The notes under the pieces: generated by a model
Told to the model about the DNA's origin: nothing
The model's database searches: none
What the model saw: the letters and a program-made list of their open reading frames with translations, nothing else
Part shown: piece by piece, positions 55,395-64,000 of the stretch
Numbering within the stretch: the first letter of the stretch is position 1
How the letters are laid out: every line of letters begins with the position of its first letter
DNA from: an uncultured Candidatus Saccharibacteria bacterium
GTDB taxonomy: Bacteria > Patescibacteriota > Minisyncoccia > Phycocordibacterales > UBA9973
Reading direction: 5' to 3'
Assembly: GCA_964440545.1 (NCBI GenBank)
Contig: CAYTSO010000001.1
Span: 63,827-127,826, forward strand
Length of the DNA: 64,000 nt
Program-made: the position numbers and the translations under genes

Positions 55395-56829
55395 AAACTA
55401 TTTTTATATTACCACCACCCTTCCTTACGTAAATGCCCCCCTGCACATGGGGCATGCGCTTGAATTTGTGCGAGCTGATACTATTGCTCGCTATAAAAAA
55501 TTAATCGGTTTTGATGTATTTTTCAACACAGGAACAGATGAGCATGGGATGAAAATATATGAAAAAGCGAAGGAAAAAAATATTTCCCCACAGGATTTTG
55601 TCGACCAAGGATTCGGAGTTTTTCAGGAACAATTAAAAATGTTTGGTATTAGTGAGGATGTTCATTTTATCAGAACTACGGAAAAACACCACGAAAAAGC
55701 TGCCCAGGAGTTTTGGAAAAAAGTTCGAGACAACGGCTATATCTACAAGAAAAAGTATCAAGCGAAGTATTGTGTTGGTTGCGAGGTAGAGAAAACTGAC
55801 TCAGAGTTAGACGAAAATGGAGAATGTTATTTGCATCCTGGCAGAAAACCTGAGTTAATTGACGAAGAAAATTATTTCTTTAAATTTTCGGAGTTCGGTG
55901 ATAAGTTATTAAAATTTTATGAGAAAAATCCAGATTTTGTAGTACCGGATTTTCGCCTGAATGAAATGAAGAATTTCATCAAAAATGGCCTGCAAGATTT
56001 TTCTATTTCCCGGCTGAAAGAAAAAATGCCGTGGGGTATTCCAGTGCCAGAAGATGACGCGCAGGTAATGTATGTTTGGTTTGATGCGCTGACGAATTAT
56101 ATTTCTACGCTCAGCTGGCCCGAGGACGCTGAAAATTTTGAAAAATACTGGGTAAATGGAGTCCCGACACAGTATTGTGGAAAAGATAATACTCGTTTTC
56201 AGGCAGTGATGTGGCAAGCGATGCTTCTGGCCGCGAACCTTCCGAATTCGCACCAGATAGTGGTAAATGGTTTCATTACTGGAGAAGGTGGAATAAGAAT
56301 GTCTAAAACTATCGGTAACGTTGTGGATCCGCGAGATGTTGTAAAAGAGTACGGCACCGATGCCCTTCGATATTTTCTTTTGCGTGAAATTTCTTCTTTT
56401 GAAGACAGCCCGTTTACGATAGAACGTTTTAAAGAAGCATATAATTCAGGATTAGCAAATGGATTGGGGAATTTAACCTCAAGAATTTTGACACTCTCCG
56501 AAAAATATTTGGAAAAGTGTCCGGAGATAAAGGAGGACAATTTCACAGAATACTTTGGTTTTTTTGAAAAGTTTGATATTCAAAAAGCTACTAACTATGT
56601 TTGGAACGAAATAGGAGATTTGGATAAATTTATTCAGGAGACAGAGCCGTTCAAGGTGGTAAAAGTGGACGAAAAGAAAGGGAAAGAATTAATTTCCAAT
56701 ATGATTGTTCGTTTGTATAAAATAGCTAGGATGTTGAAACCATTAATGCCCGAGACTAGTAATACCATAAAAAATCTAATTAAAGAAAACAAAAAACCCG
56801 TTAAACCATTGTTTTCAAGAAAAGAATAG
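55387..56829 (+). CDS. metG: Methionyl-tRNA synthetase (minimal, no C-terminal tRNA-binding domain)
   Basis: HMGHAL (HIGH), KMSKTIGNVVDP, Cys-containing knuckle CVGCEVE. Confidence 0.9.
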   Translation: MGKNYFYITTTLPYVNAPLHMGHALEFVRADTIARYKKLIGFDVFFNTGTDEHGMKIYEKAKEKNISPQDFVDQGFGVFQEQLKMFGISEDVHFIRTTEKHHEKAAQEFWKKVRDNGYIYKKKYQAKYCVGCEVEKTDSELDENGECYLHPGRKPELIDEENYFFKFSEFGDKLLKFYEKNPDFVVPDFRLNEMKNFIKNGLQDFSISRLKEKMPWGIPVPEDDAQVMYVWFDALTNYISTLSWPEDAENFEKYWVNGVPTQYCGKDNTRFQAVMWQAMLLAANLPNSHQIVVNGFITGEGGIRMSKTIGNVVDPRDVVKEYGTDALRYFLLREISSFEDSPFTIERFKEAYNSGLANGLGNLTSRILTLSEKYLEKCPEIKEDNFTEYFGFFEKFDIQKATNYVWNEIGDLDKFIQETEPFKVVKVDEKKGKELISNMIVRLYKIARMLKPLMPETSNTIKNLIKENKKPVKPLFSRKE

Positions 56830-56836
56830 AAAATTA

Positions 56837-57427
56837 ATGCGGCTAGAAACTAAAAGATTAATATTAAGGACGCCACAAATAAAAGACATAAAAGATGTTG
56901 TTGAGGGTGCTGGTAATTTAAATGTTTCGAAATGGTTGGTAAGTGTGCCTTATCCGTATAAGAAAAAAGACGCAGAGATATTTATTAAATGGAACATAAA
57001 AATATCAAAAAAGAAAAAACCAGAAAACTACCACTTTATGATTGAGCTAAAGTCAGAAAAAAAAGTGATTGGTACCGTTGGGATTTATAGAATTAATTAT
57101 TTTAATGGGGTAGGAACAACTGGTTCGTGGATAAACAAGAAATACTGGAAAAACGGATATATTACCGAGGCGAAAATTGCCGTGAATGATTTTGCCTTTA
57201 ATAAACTTAAACTAAGAAGATTAAATACCGAAGTTTTCGTTAACAATAAGGCATCTAACGCGACCCAATTAAAAATGGGTTATAAACTTGAAGGAATGAG
57301 AATGAGGATAGTTAGAAGCAAGGCCACCGGAAAAATTCATGATGAATATGTATATGGCTTATTAAAGGAGGACTGGCAGAAAGCAAGAAAAAGACTAATA
57401 AAAAAATATGGGAAAGTGGAAAATTAG
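56837..57427 (+). CDS. GNAT-family N-acetyltransferase (RimJ/RimL-like)
   Basis: RLILRTPQIKDIKDV... acetyl-CoA-binding core. Confidence 0.7.
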   Translation: MRLETKRLILRTPQIKDIKDVVEGAGNLNVSKWLVSVPYPYKKKDAEIFIKWNIKISKKKKPENYHFMIELKSEKKVIGTVGIYRINYFNGVGTTGSWINKKYWKNGYITEAKIAVNDFAFNKLKLRRLNTEVFVNNKASNATQLKMGYKLEGMRMRIVRSKATGKIHDEYVYGLLKEDWQKARKRLIKKYGKVEN

Positions 57428-57929
57428 CAAATCGCAGAAAAAACTTCTCGACAACCTTTTTGAGGGAGTTGAAATAAAAAAAGTAAAGAAAGTGCTTGAT
57501 ATGGGCGCGGGGAGGACCAGCGTTCATTATCTAGCAAACAAGTTTAAAAGTTCGAACATTGAAGCAGTGGTTTATCCAGGAGACACGAGGAAAATTAAGC
57601 CGATTTTGGAATGCGTGCCAGAGAGAAATTATGAAATTATAGAAAGTGACATTAAAAATTTCAAAAATAAAGAATACGATTTAATTTTAGCGCACATGTT
57701 TCTTGGCGAGGCAGATAAATTTGGAAATAATAAGTTTAAGAAAATCCTCGAATTTCTTTTTGCAATAAAAACAAAATATCTAGTTATTGTTAATATTTCT
57801 TACGATAATATAGATTATTTTTCTTTACTAAAAAAAGCCAAAGAAAATGGCGAGATTATAAATATGACATCAATCCTAACCGAAAGCGGAAGCACTTGTC
57901 TGGGGTTAACAATAAAAAAATATAAGTAA
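57408..57929 (+). CDS. Putative class I SAM-dependent methyltransferase-like protein
   Basis: Motif I VLDMGAGRTSV; DLILAHMFL; otherwise unassigned. Confidence 0.4.
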   Translation: MGKWKISKSQKKLLDNLFEGVEIKKVKKVLDMGAGRTSVHYLANKFKSSNIEAVVYPGDTRKIKPILECVPERNYEIIESDIKNFKNKEYDLILAHMFLGEADKFGNNKFKKILEFLFAIKTKYLVIVNISYDNIDYFSLLKKAKENGEIINMTSILTESGSTCLGLTIKKYK

Positions 57930-57930
57930 T

Positions 57931-58722
57931 ATGCTCAAATATATAGATATACATTGCCATTTAGATTCTAGGTTTTTTAAGGAGAATCTGGAGGAGGTAA
58001 TTGATCGAATGGTTCAAAACAGCATTGGTGCCATAACGATTGGGGTTGATTATGAAACTTCCAAAGAGGCGGTGGCAATGGCAGAAAAACACGACTTTAT
58101 CTGGGCTGGAATTGGACTACACCCAGCAGACAACCAAAAAGAGGTATTTAGTTTTGATAAATACTTAGAGTTAGCAAAAAATCCTAAAGTTGTTTGTATT
58201 GGCGAATGCGGTTTGGATTATTTTAGAGACGAAAGTGAAGAAACTAAAAACAAGCAAAAAGAAATTTTTAAAAAACATATTGAAATCGCCATCTTGGTAA
58301 ACAAGCCTCTCATGATGCACATTCGTCCATCGAAAGGTACCATGGATGCCTACCTCGATGCGTTTTCTGTTTTAGAGAATTTTAGACACAAGGGCGGTAA
58401 AATACCAAGGGGCAATTTTCATTTTTTTGCTGGAGATCTTTCTGTTGCAAAAAAGGCACTGGAGATGGGTTATACTATGTCTTTTGATGGTCCGATAACT
58501 TTTTCCAGTGATTATGATGAAGTAATTAAATTCTTACCACTGGCGTCAATTATGGCGGAAACAGATGCTCCTTTCGCCGCTCCGGCGCCTTATCGTGGAA
58601 AGACCGGTGAACCTTTTATGGTGACAGAAGTTGTAAAAAAAATTGCGAAAATTAAGAACTTGTCCGAGGAGGAAGTGCGACAAGCTATTTTTGCTCATAC
58701 TAAAAGATTTTTTAGTATATAG
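57931..58722 (+). CDS. tatD: TatD-family metal-dependent DNase/hydrolase
   Basis: IDIHCHLD ..., GECGLDY, MHIR, ETDAP. Confidence 0.85.
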   Translation: MLKYIDIHCHLDSRFFKENLEEVIDRMVQNSIGAITIGVDYETSKEAVAMAEKHDFIWAGIGLHPADNQKEVFSFDKYLELAKNPKVVCIGECGLDYFRDESEETKNKQKEIFKKHIEIAILVNKPLMMHIRPSKGTMDAYLDAFSVLENFRHKGGKIPRGNFHFFAGDLSVAKKALEMGYTMSFDGPITFSSDYDEVIKFLPLASIMAETDAPFAAPAPYRGKTGEPFMVTEVVKKIAKIKNLSEEEVRQAIFAHTKRFFSI

Positions 58723-58800
58723 AATCTTACTTCTACGCTTATTTACCCAAAATATGCATGGGGGTTTACATTTAAAGGTCTTTTTGTTAGTATGAAATTC

Positions 58801-59304
58801 ATGTCAGAGGAAGAAGTCAAAAAAGAAAACGAAGAAAAAACAGAAACAAACTCCAGGGTTTACGAGCTCGGGTATATTTTGGTACCTACTCTTGAGGAGG
58901 CCAATGTCCCAACTGTTTATGGCGATCTAAAGGAATTAATTTCTTCTCTTGATGGCGTATTTATTTCTGAGGAAATGCCCAAAATGATTACTCTTGCTTA
59001 TGTGATGACCAAGGTTATAGATAACGTAAAAAATAAATTCAATACCGGCTACTTTGGTTGGACTAAATTTACCATGGAGGCAGACAAGGTCTTAAAGTTA
59101 AAAAAGAAACTTGATTTTGACAAAAACATTATTCGATTTCTAATATTAAAAACAGTTAAAGAAAATACTATCGCTGCAAAAAGATTTACGCGCGGTGACG
59201 TGCGAAGAAAATCATCAGTAAGAAAGATTGAAAGCACCGAACCGGCTATTCCTATAAACAAAGAAGAAATCGATAAGGAAATCGATGCATTAATAGAAGC
59301 CTAA
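58801..59304 (+). CDS. rpsF: 30S ribosomal protein S6 (with acidic N-terminal and basic C-terminal extensions)
   Basis: YELGYILVPTLEE...LAYVM...; rpsF-ssb-rpsR synteny; ORF-track start 58792 overlaps the -10 (TGtTAGTAT 58785-58793), so ATG 58801 is preferred. Confidence 0.75.
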   Translation: MSEEEVKKENEEKTETNSRVYELGYILVPTLEEANVPTVYGDLKELISSLDGVFISEEMPKMITLAYVMTKVIDNVKNKFNTGYFGWTKFTMEADKVLKLKKKLDFDKNIIRFLILKTVKENTIAAKRFTRGDVRRKSSVRKIESTEPAIPINKEEIDKEIDALIEA

Positions 59305-59314
59305 TTTTTTAAAT

Positions 59315-59761
59315 ATGTATTTAAATAAAGCAATTGTTATAGGAAACCTTACTCGTGATCCAGAGCTTCGCTCCCTTCCGTCTGGTATAAAAGTTTGTAC
59401 TTTCTCTTTGGCCACTAATCGTGTTTGGAAAGATAAAAACGGAGCACGACAGGAGTCAGCTGATTATCACAATATTGTAGTTTTTGGACGTCAAGCAGAA
59501 ACCGTTGCTCAGTATATGAAGAAAGGAAGTTCTATCTTAGTTGAGGGGAGAATGCAGACAAGAAGCTGGGAAGACAAAACTAGTGGAGAGAAAAAATATC
59601 GTACAGAAATCGTGGCAGATCGTACCCAGTTTGGCCCAAAGGGGAACAACGGGGGTGTGAGCACAACAAGCGCAGGATCCAAGGTTCCGGCTGCAGAAGG
59701 CGAAGTGGATACCATCGAATATCCAGAAGAAGACATTAATCCCGAGGATATCCCATTTTAA
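59315..59761 (+). CDS. ssb: Single-stranded DNA-binding protein
   Basis: MYLNKAIVIGNLTRDPELR... OB fold, Gly-rich linker, acidic tail ending DIPF. Confidence 0.9.
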   Translation: MYLNKAIVIGNLTRDPELRSLPSGIKVCTFSLATNRVWKDKNGARQESADYHNIVVFGRQAETVAQYMKKGSSILVEGRMQTRSWEDKTSGEKKYRTEIVADRTQFGPKGNNGGVSTTSAGSKVPAAEGEVDTIEYPEEDINPEDIPF

Positions 59762-59771
59762 TTAAAAAAAC

Positions 59772-59972
59772 ATGAAACAAGATTATTTTTCTGCCAACAA
59801 TATTAAATATATAGACTATAAGGATGTAGAAATTTTAAAAAAATTTTTAAATCCCAATGGTAAAATAATAAGCCACAAGCGGACAGGTATAACCTCAAAA
59901 AATCAACGAGCTCTGGCCTCGGCGGTTAAGCACGCGCGTTTTATGGGTTTGTTGCCTTTTGTTGTTAAATAA
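59772..59972 (+). CDS. rpsR: 30S ribosomal protein S18
   Basis: IDYKDVEILKKFLNPNGKIISHKRTGITSKNQRALASAVKHARFMGLLPF. Confidence 0.9.
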   Translation: MKQDYFSANNIKYIDYKDVEILKKFLNPNGKIISHKRTGITSKNQRALASAVKHARFMGLLPFVVK

Positions 59973-59992
59973 GTTTCCGATGATTTTACGAA

Positions 59993-60021
59993 GGTGTTTG
60001 CCTTCGCTTTTTTGATTTATA
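59993..60021 (+). terminator. Rho-independent terminator (CGAAGG-tgtttg-CCTTCG + T-run)
   Basis: cgaaggtgtttgccttcgcttttttg. Confidence 0.65.
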
Positions 60022-60039
60022 AGTTTTTTAATTAAATTT

Positions 60040-60618
60040 ATGTCACAACTTCAATACAACGAAATACGTGAGAAGAAAATAATTATTTACAATGATGAGC
60101 CATGTGAAGTGGTGGAATCTCATGTTGCACGTACTCAACAAAGAAAGCCGCAAAACCAGGTAAAATTAAGGAGTTTAATATCTGGAAAAGTTTTTCCTGC
60201 CACTTTTCACGTTTCTGAATCAGCGGAGGAAGCAGATATCTCAAAAAAAGAGATTACTTTTTTATATGAAAATAGAGGAGAGTATTGGTTTTGTGACCCA
60301 GAAGATAAAAGCGACAGGTTTAAACTTGACCAAACGCTAATTGGAAATGCGGGAAAGTTTTTGAAACAAAACGCGAATGTAACTGCCCTGGTTTGGGATA
60401 ACGACGGAGAGGAAATTATTATTAAATTATCCCTTCCTATTAAAATGGAATTTAAAGTGAAGGAAGCTCCTCCAGCGGTTCGGGGTGATACTTCCAAGGC
60501 GGGGAATAAAATTATTACTTTAGAAAACGGAGCAACTTTAAACGTCCCAATGTTTATCAGCGAAGGGGATACTGTTCGAGTGAATACGGAAACCGGATTA
60601 TACGTAGAAAGGGCTTAA
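60040..60618 (+). CDS. efp: Elongation factor P
   Basis: 192 aa, three OB/KOW-like domains, conserved loop region ...KPQNQVKLRSLISGK. Confidence 0.8.
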   Translation: MSQLQYNEIREKKIIIYNDEPCEVVESHVARTQQRKPQNQVKLRSLISGKVFPATFHVSESAEEADISKKEITFLYENRGEYWFCDPEDKSDRFKLDQTLIGNAGKFLKQNANVTALVWDNDGEEIIIKLSLPIKMEFKVKEAPPAVRGDTSKAGNKIITLENGATLNVPMFISEGDTVRVNTETGLYVERA

Positions 60619-60624
60619 GGAAAC

Positions 60625-61170
60625 CTATTTTTCTATTATCATCATTTTCCTCCAAAATTGGATGAAATTTTCAACAGATACGTAGCGATAAGCCCCTTTC
60701 TCAAAACCCGTTGCCGCCGAGTCATGGTAAAAAAATCCCAAAATAGACTTTTTGGAATTAAGTCTTATTCCTACGAGAAGAATGATATGAAAAATAGTTT
60801 GTTCCAGGCAAAATTTATTAACTGAAGCAATAACCGGTTTTTTAGCAAGGATGCTTTCTTTTATTTGCTCCAGGGAATCTTTGATTTGGCAATTTTCAAG
60901 CTGGGTATAAGATAACCCGTTTTCTTTTAATTTTTTTACCAAATAACTGTGAACCCATCCATTCGGAGTATATCCATTGTTTTTGTGTCCATCCTCTATA
61001 AATTTTTTTGTGTTTATGGGAATTTTATGCGATGACAAAATCATACACACCGCGCAGGCACCACAGGAGGTGAAAGTTTTAACAAAATCAAGACCGGTGA
61101 CATTGCCGTACCCGATATAAGGTGTTTCAATGATGTAATCTTTGACAACCTCCTCTGTTCCTTCAATCAT
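60625..61170 (-). CDS. Papain-like cysteine peptidase, C39-like domain protein
   Basis: SCGACAVCMILS resembles the C39 catalytic Cys motif; later His/Asp candidates; 4 nt downstream of recA. Confidence 0.45.
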   Translation of the reverse strand: MIEGTEEVVKDYIIETPYIGYGNVTGLDFVKTFTSCGACAVCMILSSHKIPINTKKFIEDGHKNNGYTPNGWVHSYLVKKLKENGLSYTQLENCQIKDSLEQIKESILAKKPVIASVNKFCLEQTIFHIILLVGIRLNSKKSILGFFYHDSAATGFEKGAYRYVSVENFIQFWRKMMIIEK

Positions 61171-61173
61171 ATT

Positions 61174-62205
61174 TTAATTTGCCTTAGCAAAATCCTTTCT
61201 AATTTCCTTTAATATCTGATTTGATATTTTTCCGTTCTCTTTTAGGAATTTTCGAGTAGCGTCATAACCTACGCCTAATTTTATTTTTTCCTCCTTTTCG
61301 GACTCTGGCTTGTAAAAGTAAGAATTTCCACTTTTCTCTACTATTTTTAATTTTTCCCCCAGAGCCATAATTTCTCCCTCCCTGGAGATTCCCTCATTGT
61401 AAATAATATCAAACTCTGTTTGCTTAAAAGGAGCTGCAACCTTGTTCTTTACCACTTTTACTCGAGTTCGGCTACCAACAACCTCTTCTCCTTTTTTAAT
61501 TTGTGCGATCTTGCGAATATCAAGTCGAACAGAAGTATAAAATTTCAAAGCTTTGCCTCCTGGGGTTGTTTCTGGATTGCCAAACATCACTCCGATCTGC
61601 ATACGAATTTGATTAATAAAAATGACAACAGTTTTTGATCTAGCCACAATGGCTGTTAATTTACGGAGTGCTTGAGACATTAGCCGTGCTTGTTTGCCGA
61701 CGTGGTAAGCCCCCATGTCTCCTTCTATTTCATCCTTTGGGGTTAGGGCTGCCACAGAATCAACTACAATCACGTCAATTTTACCTGTGCGCACCAAACT
61801 TTCTACGATTTCTAGTGCCTGTTCGCCGTTGTCGGGCTGAGAAATAAGCAATTCATTTATATTTACTCCCAACTTTTTTGTATAATCAGGATCCATGGCA
61901 TGTTCTGCGTCTATGTATGCGCAGACCCCGCCAAGTTTTTGTGCCTCAGCCACTATGTGCAAAGAAAGAGTAGTTTTTCCAGAAGATTCTGGCCCGAAAA
62001 TTTCAACAATTCTTCCTCTCGGAATTCCTCCAACCCCCAAGGCCATATCTAATCCAACGGATCCAGTTGGTATTGCGTTTACACTTACCTTTGGCGTGTC
62101 TCCAAATTTTATTATAGAACCTTCTCCGAATTTCGTCTGAATTGCTTTTAGGGTATTATCAAGCACTGTTCCGTCTGTTGTTTTATCTTCTTTTTTCTTT
62201 GCCAT
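61174..62205 (-). CDS. recA: Recombinase RecA
   Basis: [32 protein letters not shown] (Walker A), L1/L2 loops, AYIDAEHA. Confidence 0.95.
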   Translation of the reverse strand: MAKKKEDKTTDGTVLDNTLKAIQTKFGEGSIIKFGDTPKVSVNAIPTGSVGLDMALGVGGIPRGRIVEIFGPESSGKTTLSLHIVAEAQKLGGVCAYIDAEHAMDPDYTKKLGVNINELLISQPDNGEQALEIVESLVRTGKIDVIVVDSVAALTPKDEIEGDMGAYHVGKQARLMSQALRKLTAIVARSKTVVIFINQIRMQIGVMFGNPETTPGGKALKFYTSVRLDIRKIAQIKKGEEVVGSRTRVKVVKNKVAAPFKQTEFDIIYNEGISREGEIMALGEKLKIVEKSGNSYFYKPESEKEEKIKLGVGYDATRKFLKENGKISNQILKEIRKDFAKAN

Positions 62206-62206
62206 A

Positions 62207-62557
62207 TTATTTTTTATATATTAATTTATAATTTTTTTCATCTGTTTGCCCAAACTTATCCTGAGCCCTAAGGCTGATTATATTATATCCCGAAAGAAGA
62301 GCAATTGTTTCCTCAAAGTCACCCTCCTCATTTATAGAAATTTCTCGGCCGTTTAAAGTTAAACTTATTGCATTTCTCGCATTTCCGTTTATTTTAATTA
62401 CACTTTCTGAAAAAGTAGAACCGTCTACCAGATTTACGTCCTTGATTTTTACTCCTAGAAGTAGATCCCTAGAAACAAAGATGGCATAGGAAACAATTAG
62501 AACAAAAAAAATAGAAAATCCCACAAGCTTAATTATTTTTTTTGCATTACTGGTCAT
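62207..62557 (-). CDS. Hypothetical small membrane-anchored protein
   Basis: N-terminal [20 protein letters not shown]; tightly packed between ftsK and recA. Confidence 0.4.
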   Translation of the reverse strand: MTSNAKKIIKLVGFSIFFVLIVSYAIFVSRDLLLGVKIKDVNLVDGSTFSESVIKINGNARNAISLTLNGREISINEEGDFEETIALLSGYNIISLRAQDKFGQTDEKNYKLIYKK

Positions 62558-62560
62558 ATT

Positions 62561-64000
62561 TTAGATTACATTTTCTCCAGTTTCTGTGCGTTCTATTTTT
62601 TCTAGCACTTCTCTTGGCTTGGCGCCATCTCCCGGACCAATTACTCCGCGTTCTTCCAGCCTGTCCATTAAACGTGCTGCCCTAGCATATCCTAATTTTA
62701 ATTTTCTTTGCAAATAGGAAGTGGAAGCTTTGCCTGCCTCTATTACACAGGCCCGAGCCTCCTCATACATTTCGTCGTCATCTTCTTCTTCGTCTTCCAG
62801 AGAGCTTTCAAAAATACTCTTATCCGCTCCGATAGATCCAGCAGATAAACTTATTTCTTCGGAGATTTCGTCTCGATAGGCGTCTGCTAAATATTTTACA
62901 ACTTTTTTAACTTCTGGCTCAGAGATAAATGCACTCTGCAGGCGTTCTGGTTGGGCCTCTCCAGACGAATAAAGCATGTCGCCAGCACCCAAAAGTTTTT
63001 CTGCTCCACCGGCGTCCAAAATAGTGCGAGAATCAATTTGTGAAGATACTTTTAAAGCTACTCGAGCTGGGATATTTGCCTTAATTAAACCCGTAATAAC
63101 GTTTACTTCTGGTCTCTGGGTAGAAAGGATGAGGTGGATACCGACAGCCCTAGACATTTGGGCAAGACGTACAATGGCAGCTTCTAGCTCTCTTGGGTAG
63201 GAACTCATTATGTCCGCTAGCTCATCTATAATAATGACGATGTAGGGCAATCGATCCGCGTCAACCTCCTCTTCTGTCCCGTCCCCATTTATTCTGGTCT
63301 TTTTTGGATTTTTATTAAAGACATTATTGTGATAGGATTCTATGTCTCTCACTGATTCTGCTTCTAAAATGTCGTAACGGCGATCCATTTCCTTGGCTGC
63401 CCATTTTAGGGCCAAGATTGTTTTTTTAGCATCAGTAATAACCGGAGTAAGTAAATGCGGAATATTATTGTAAAGGGTAAGCTCTACTCGCTTCGGATCA
63501 ATCAAAATAAATTTTAAATCATCCGGTCCGTTTTTGTAGAGCAGGGAAGTAATCATAGAATGAATAGTCACAGATTTTCCAGATCCGGTTGTTCCGGCAA
63601 CCAAAATGTGTGGCATTTTAGCTAAATTGCCAAAAACGGCTTTTCCGGAAATATTTCGTCCCAGGGCGGTAGTAAGCGGTTTGGCAGAATTAGTAAATTT
63701 ATCATCTGACAGAAGAGTGGCTAGGCCAACAATCGATTTTGATTTGTTTGGAATCTCAATTCCCACTAAAGATTTTCCTGGAATTGGTGCTTCGATGCGA
63801 ATAGGGTGGGCGGCCAAGGAAAGGGCCAAATCATTTTGCAGGCCCACAATCCGAGAAAGTTTTACTCCTTCGGCGGGCTTGAGAGCATAACGAGTGACGG
63901 TTGGTCCGATAGTTATTTCATCCATCTCTACTTCAATGCCAAAGTTTGCTAGGGTACGTTTTATAATATTTGCGTTGGCCTTGATGTCGCCAGTATTCGG
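62561..64000 (-). CDS. ftsK: DNA translocase FtsK/SpoIIIE (C-terminal alpha-beta-gamma motor; N-terminus beyond window)
   Basis: Walker A VAGTTGSGKSV, Walker B IVIIIDELAD, gamma winged-helix LQRKLKLGYARAARLMDRLEERGVI; reading frame stays open past Met 63925 to the window edge. Confidence 0.9.
   Translation of the reverse strand, partial: PNTGDIKANANIIKRTLANFGIEVEMDEITIGPTVTRYALKPAEGVKLSRIVGLQNDLALSLAAHPIRIEAPIPGKSLVGIEIPNKSKSIVGLATLLSDDKFTNSAKPLTTALGRNISGKAVFGNLAKMPHILVAGTTGSGKSVTIHSMITSLLYKNGPDDLKFILIDPKRVELTLYNNIPHLLTPVITDAKKTILALKWAAKEMDRRYDILEAESVRDIESYHNNVFNKNPKKTRINGDGTEEEVDADRLPYIVIIIDELADIMSSYPRELEAAIVRLAQMSRAVGIHLILSTQRPEVNVITGLIKANIPARVALKVSSQIDSRTILDAGGAEKLLGAGDMLYSSGEAQPERLQSAFISEPEVKKVVKYLADAYRDEISEEISLSAGSIGADKSIFESSLEDEEEDDDEMYEEARACVIEAGKASTSYLQRKLKLGYARAARLMDRLEERGVIGPGDGAKPREVLEKIERTETGENVI

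Noticed and set aside
1-64000. Search for tRNA, rRNA, tmRNA/RNase P, CRISPR arrays, IS elements or integrases
   Set aside because: No intergenic region larger than about 230 nt; I saw no T-loop-like GGTTCGAATCC motifs outside coding sequence, no direct-repeat arrays, and no transposase/integrase-like ORFs. This was a by-eye scan, so short ncRNAs could be missed

Overview
AT-rich, very gene-dense bacterial window with 4-nt gene overlaps and small 'minimal' versions of housekeeping proteins. Specifics: 355-aa Pgk, 480-aa MetRS without a C-terminal tRNA-binding domain, PPIase-less trigger factor. Gene content (no secretin, ComG/T2SS-like pseudopilus, split comEC, giant Thr/Ser/Asn-rich surface proteins, nucleotide-salvage enzymes) suggests a reduced-genome, likely monoderm/episymbiotic lineage such as Candidate Phyla Radiation/Patescibacteria. 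This is inference only. Most of the window is housekeeping: pnp(3' end), comM, lexA, hup, rny, clpP, tig, hppA, nusA, tpiA, pgk, recJ, rnhA, glyA, argS, ileS, recO, glyQS, metG, tatD, rpsF-ssb-rpsR, efp, recA, ftsK(partial). The accessory region is ~19.4-32.6 kb. It holds two giant secreted proteins (1147 and 1059 aa) built from CARDB-like, divergent InlB-B-repeat-like, FN3-like and paired-Cys Ig-like modules. Both end in a Cys-rich module plus an identical 'KKQPIIIED' tail. They are followed by a secretin-less pseudopilus operon: PilB/GspE ATPase, PilC/GspF platform, three Glu+5 prepilins, and one large Glu5-less GspK-like protein. Other notable items: an IleRS with an in-frame histidine-phosphatase (PGAM-like) domain insertion and a deviant HIGH motif; comEC split into a channel part and a separate MBL part flanking an opposite-strand sodA; and a Cheo-type LexA box (GAAC-N4-GTTC) in the promoter of a small-ORF+lexA operon. 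A pervasive architecture places an (extended) -10 element 6-7 nt upstream of the ATG, implying widespread leaderless mRNAs. I recognised no rRNA, tRNA, CRISPR array or mobile element. All of this is from reading the sequence by eye; no searches were run.
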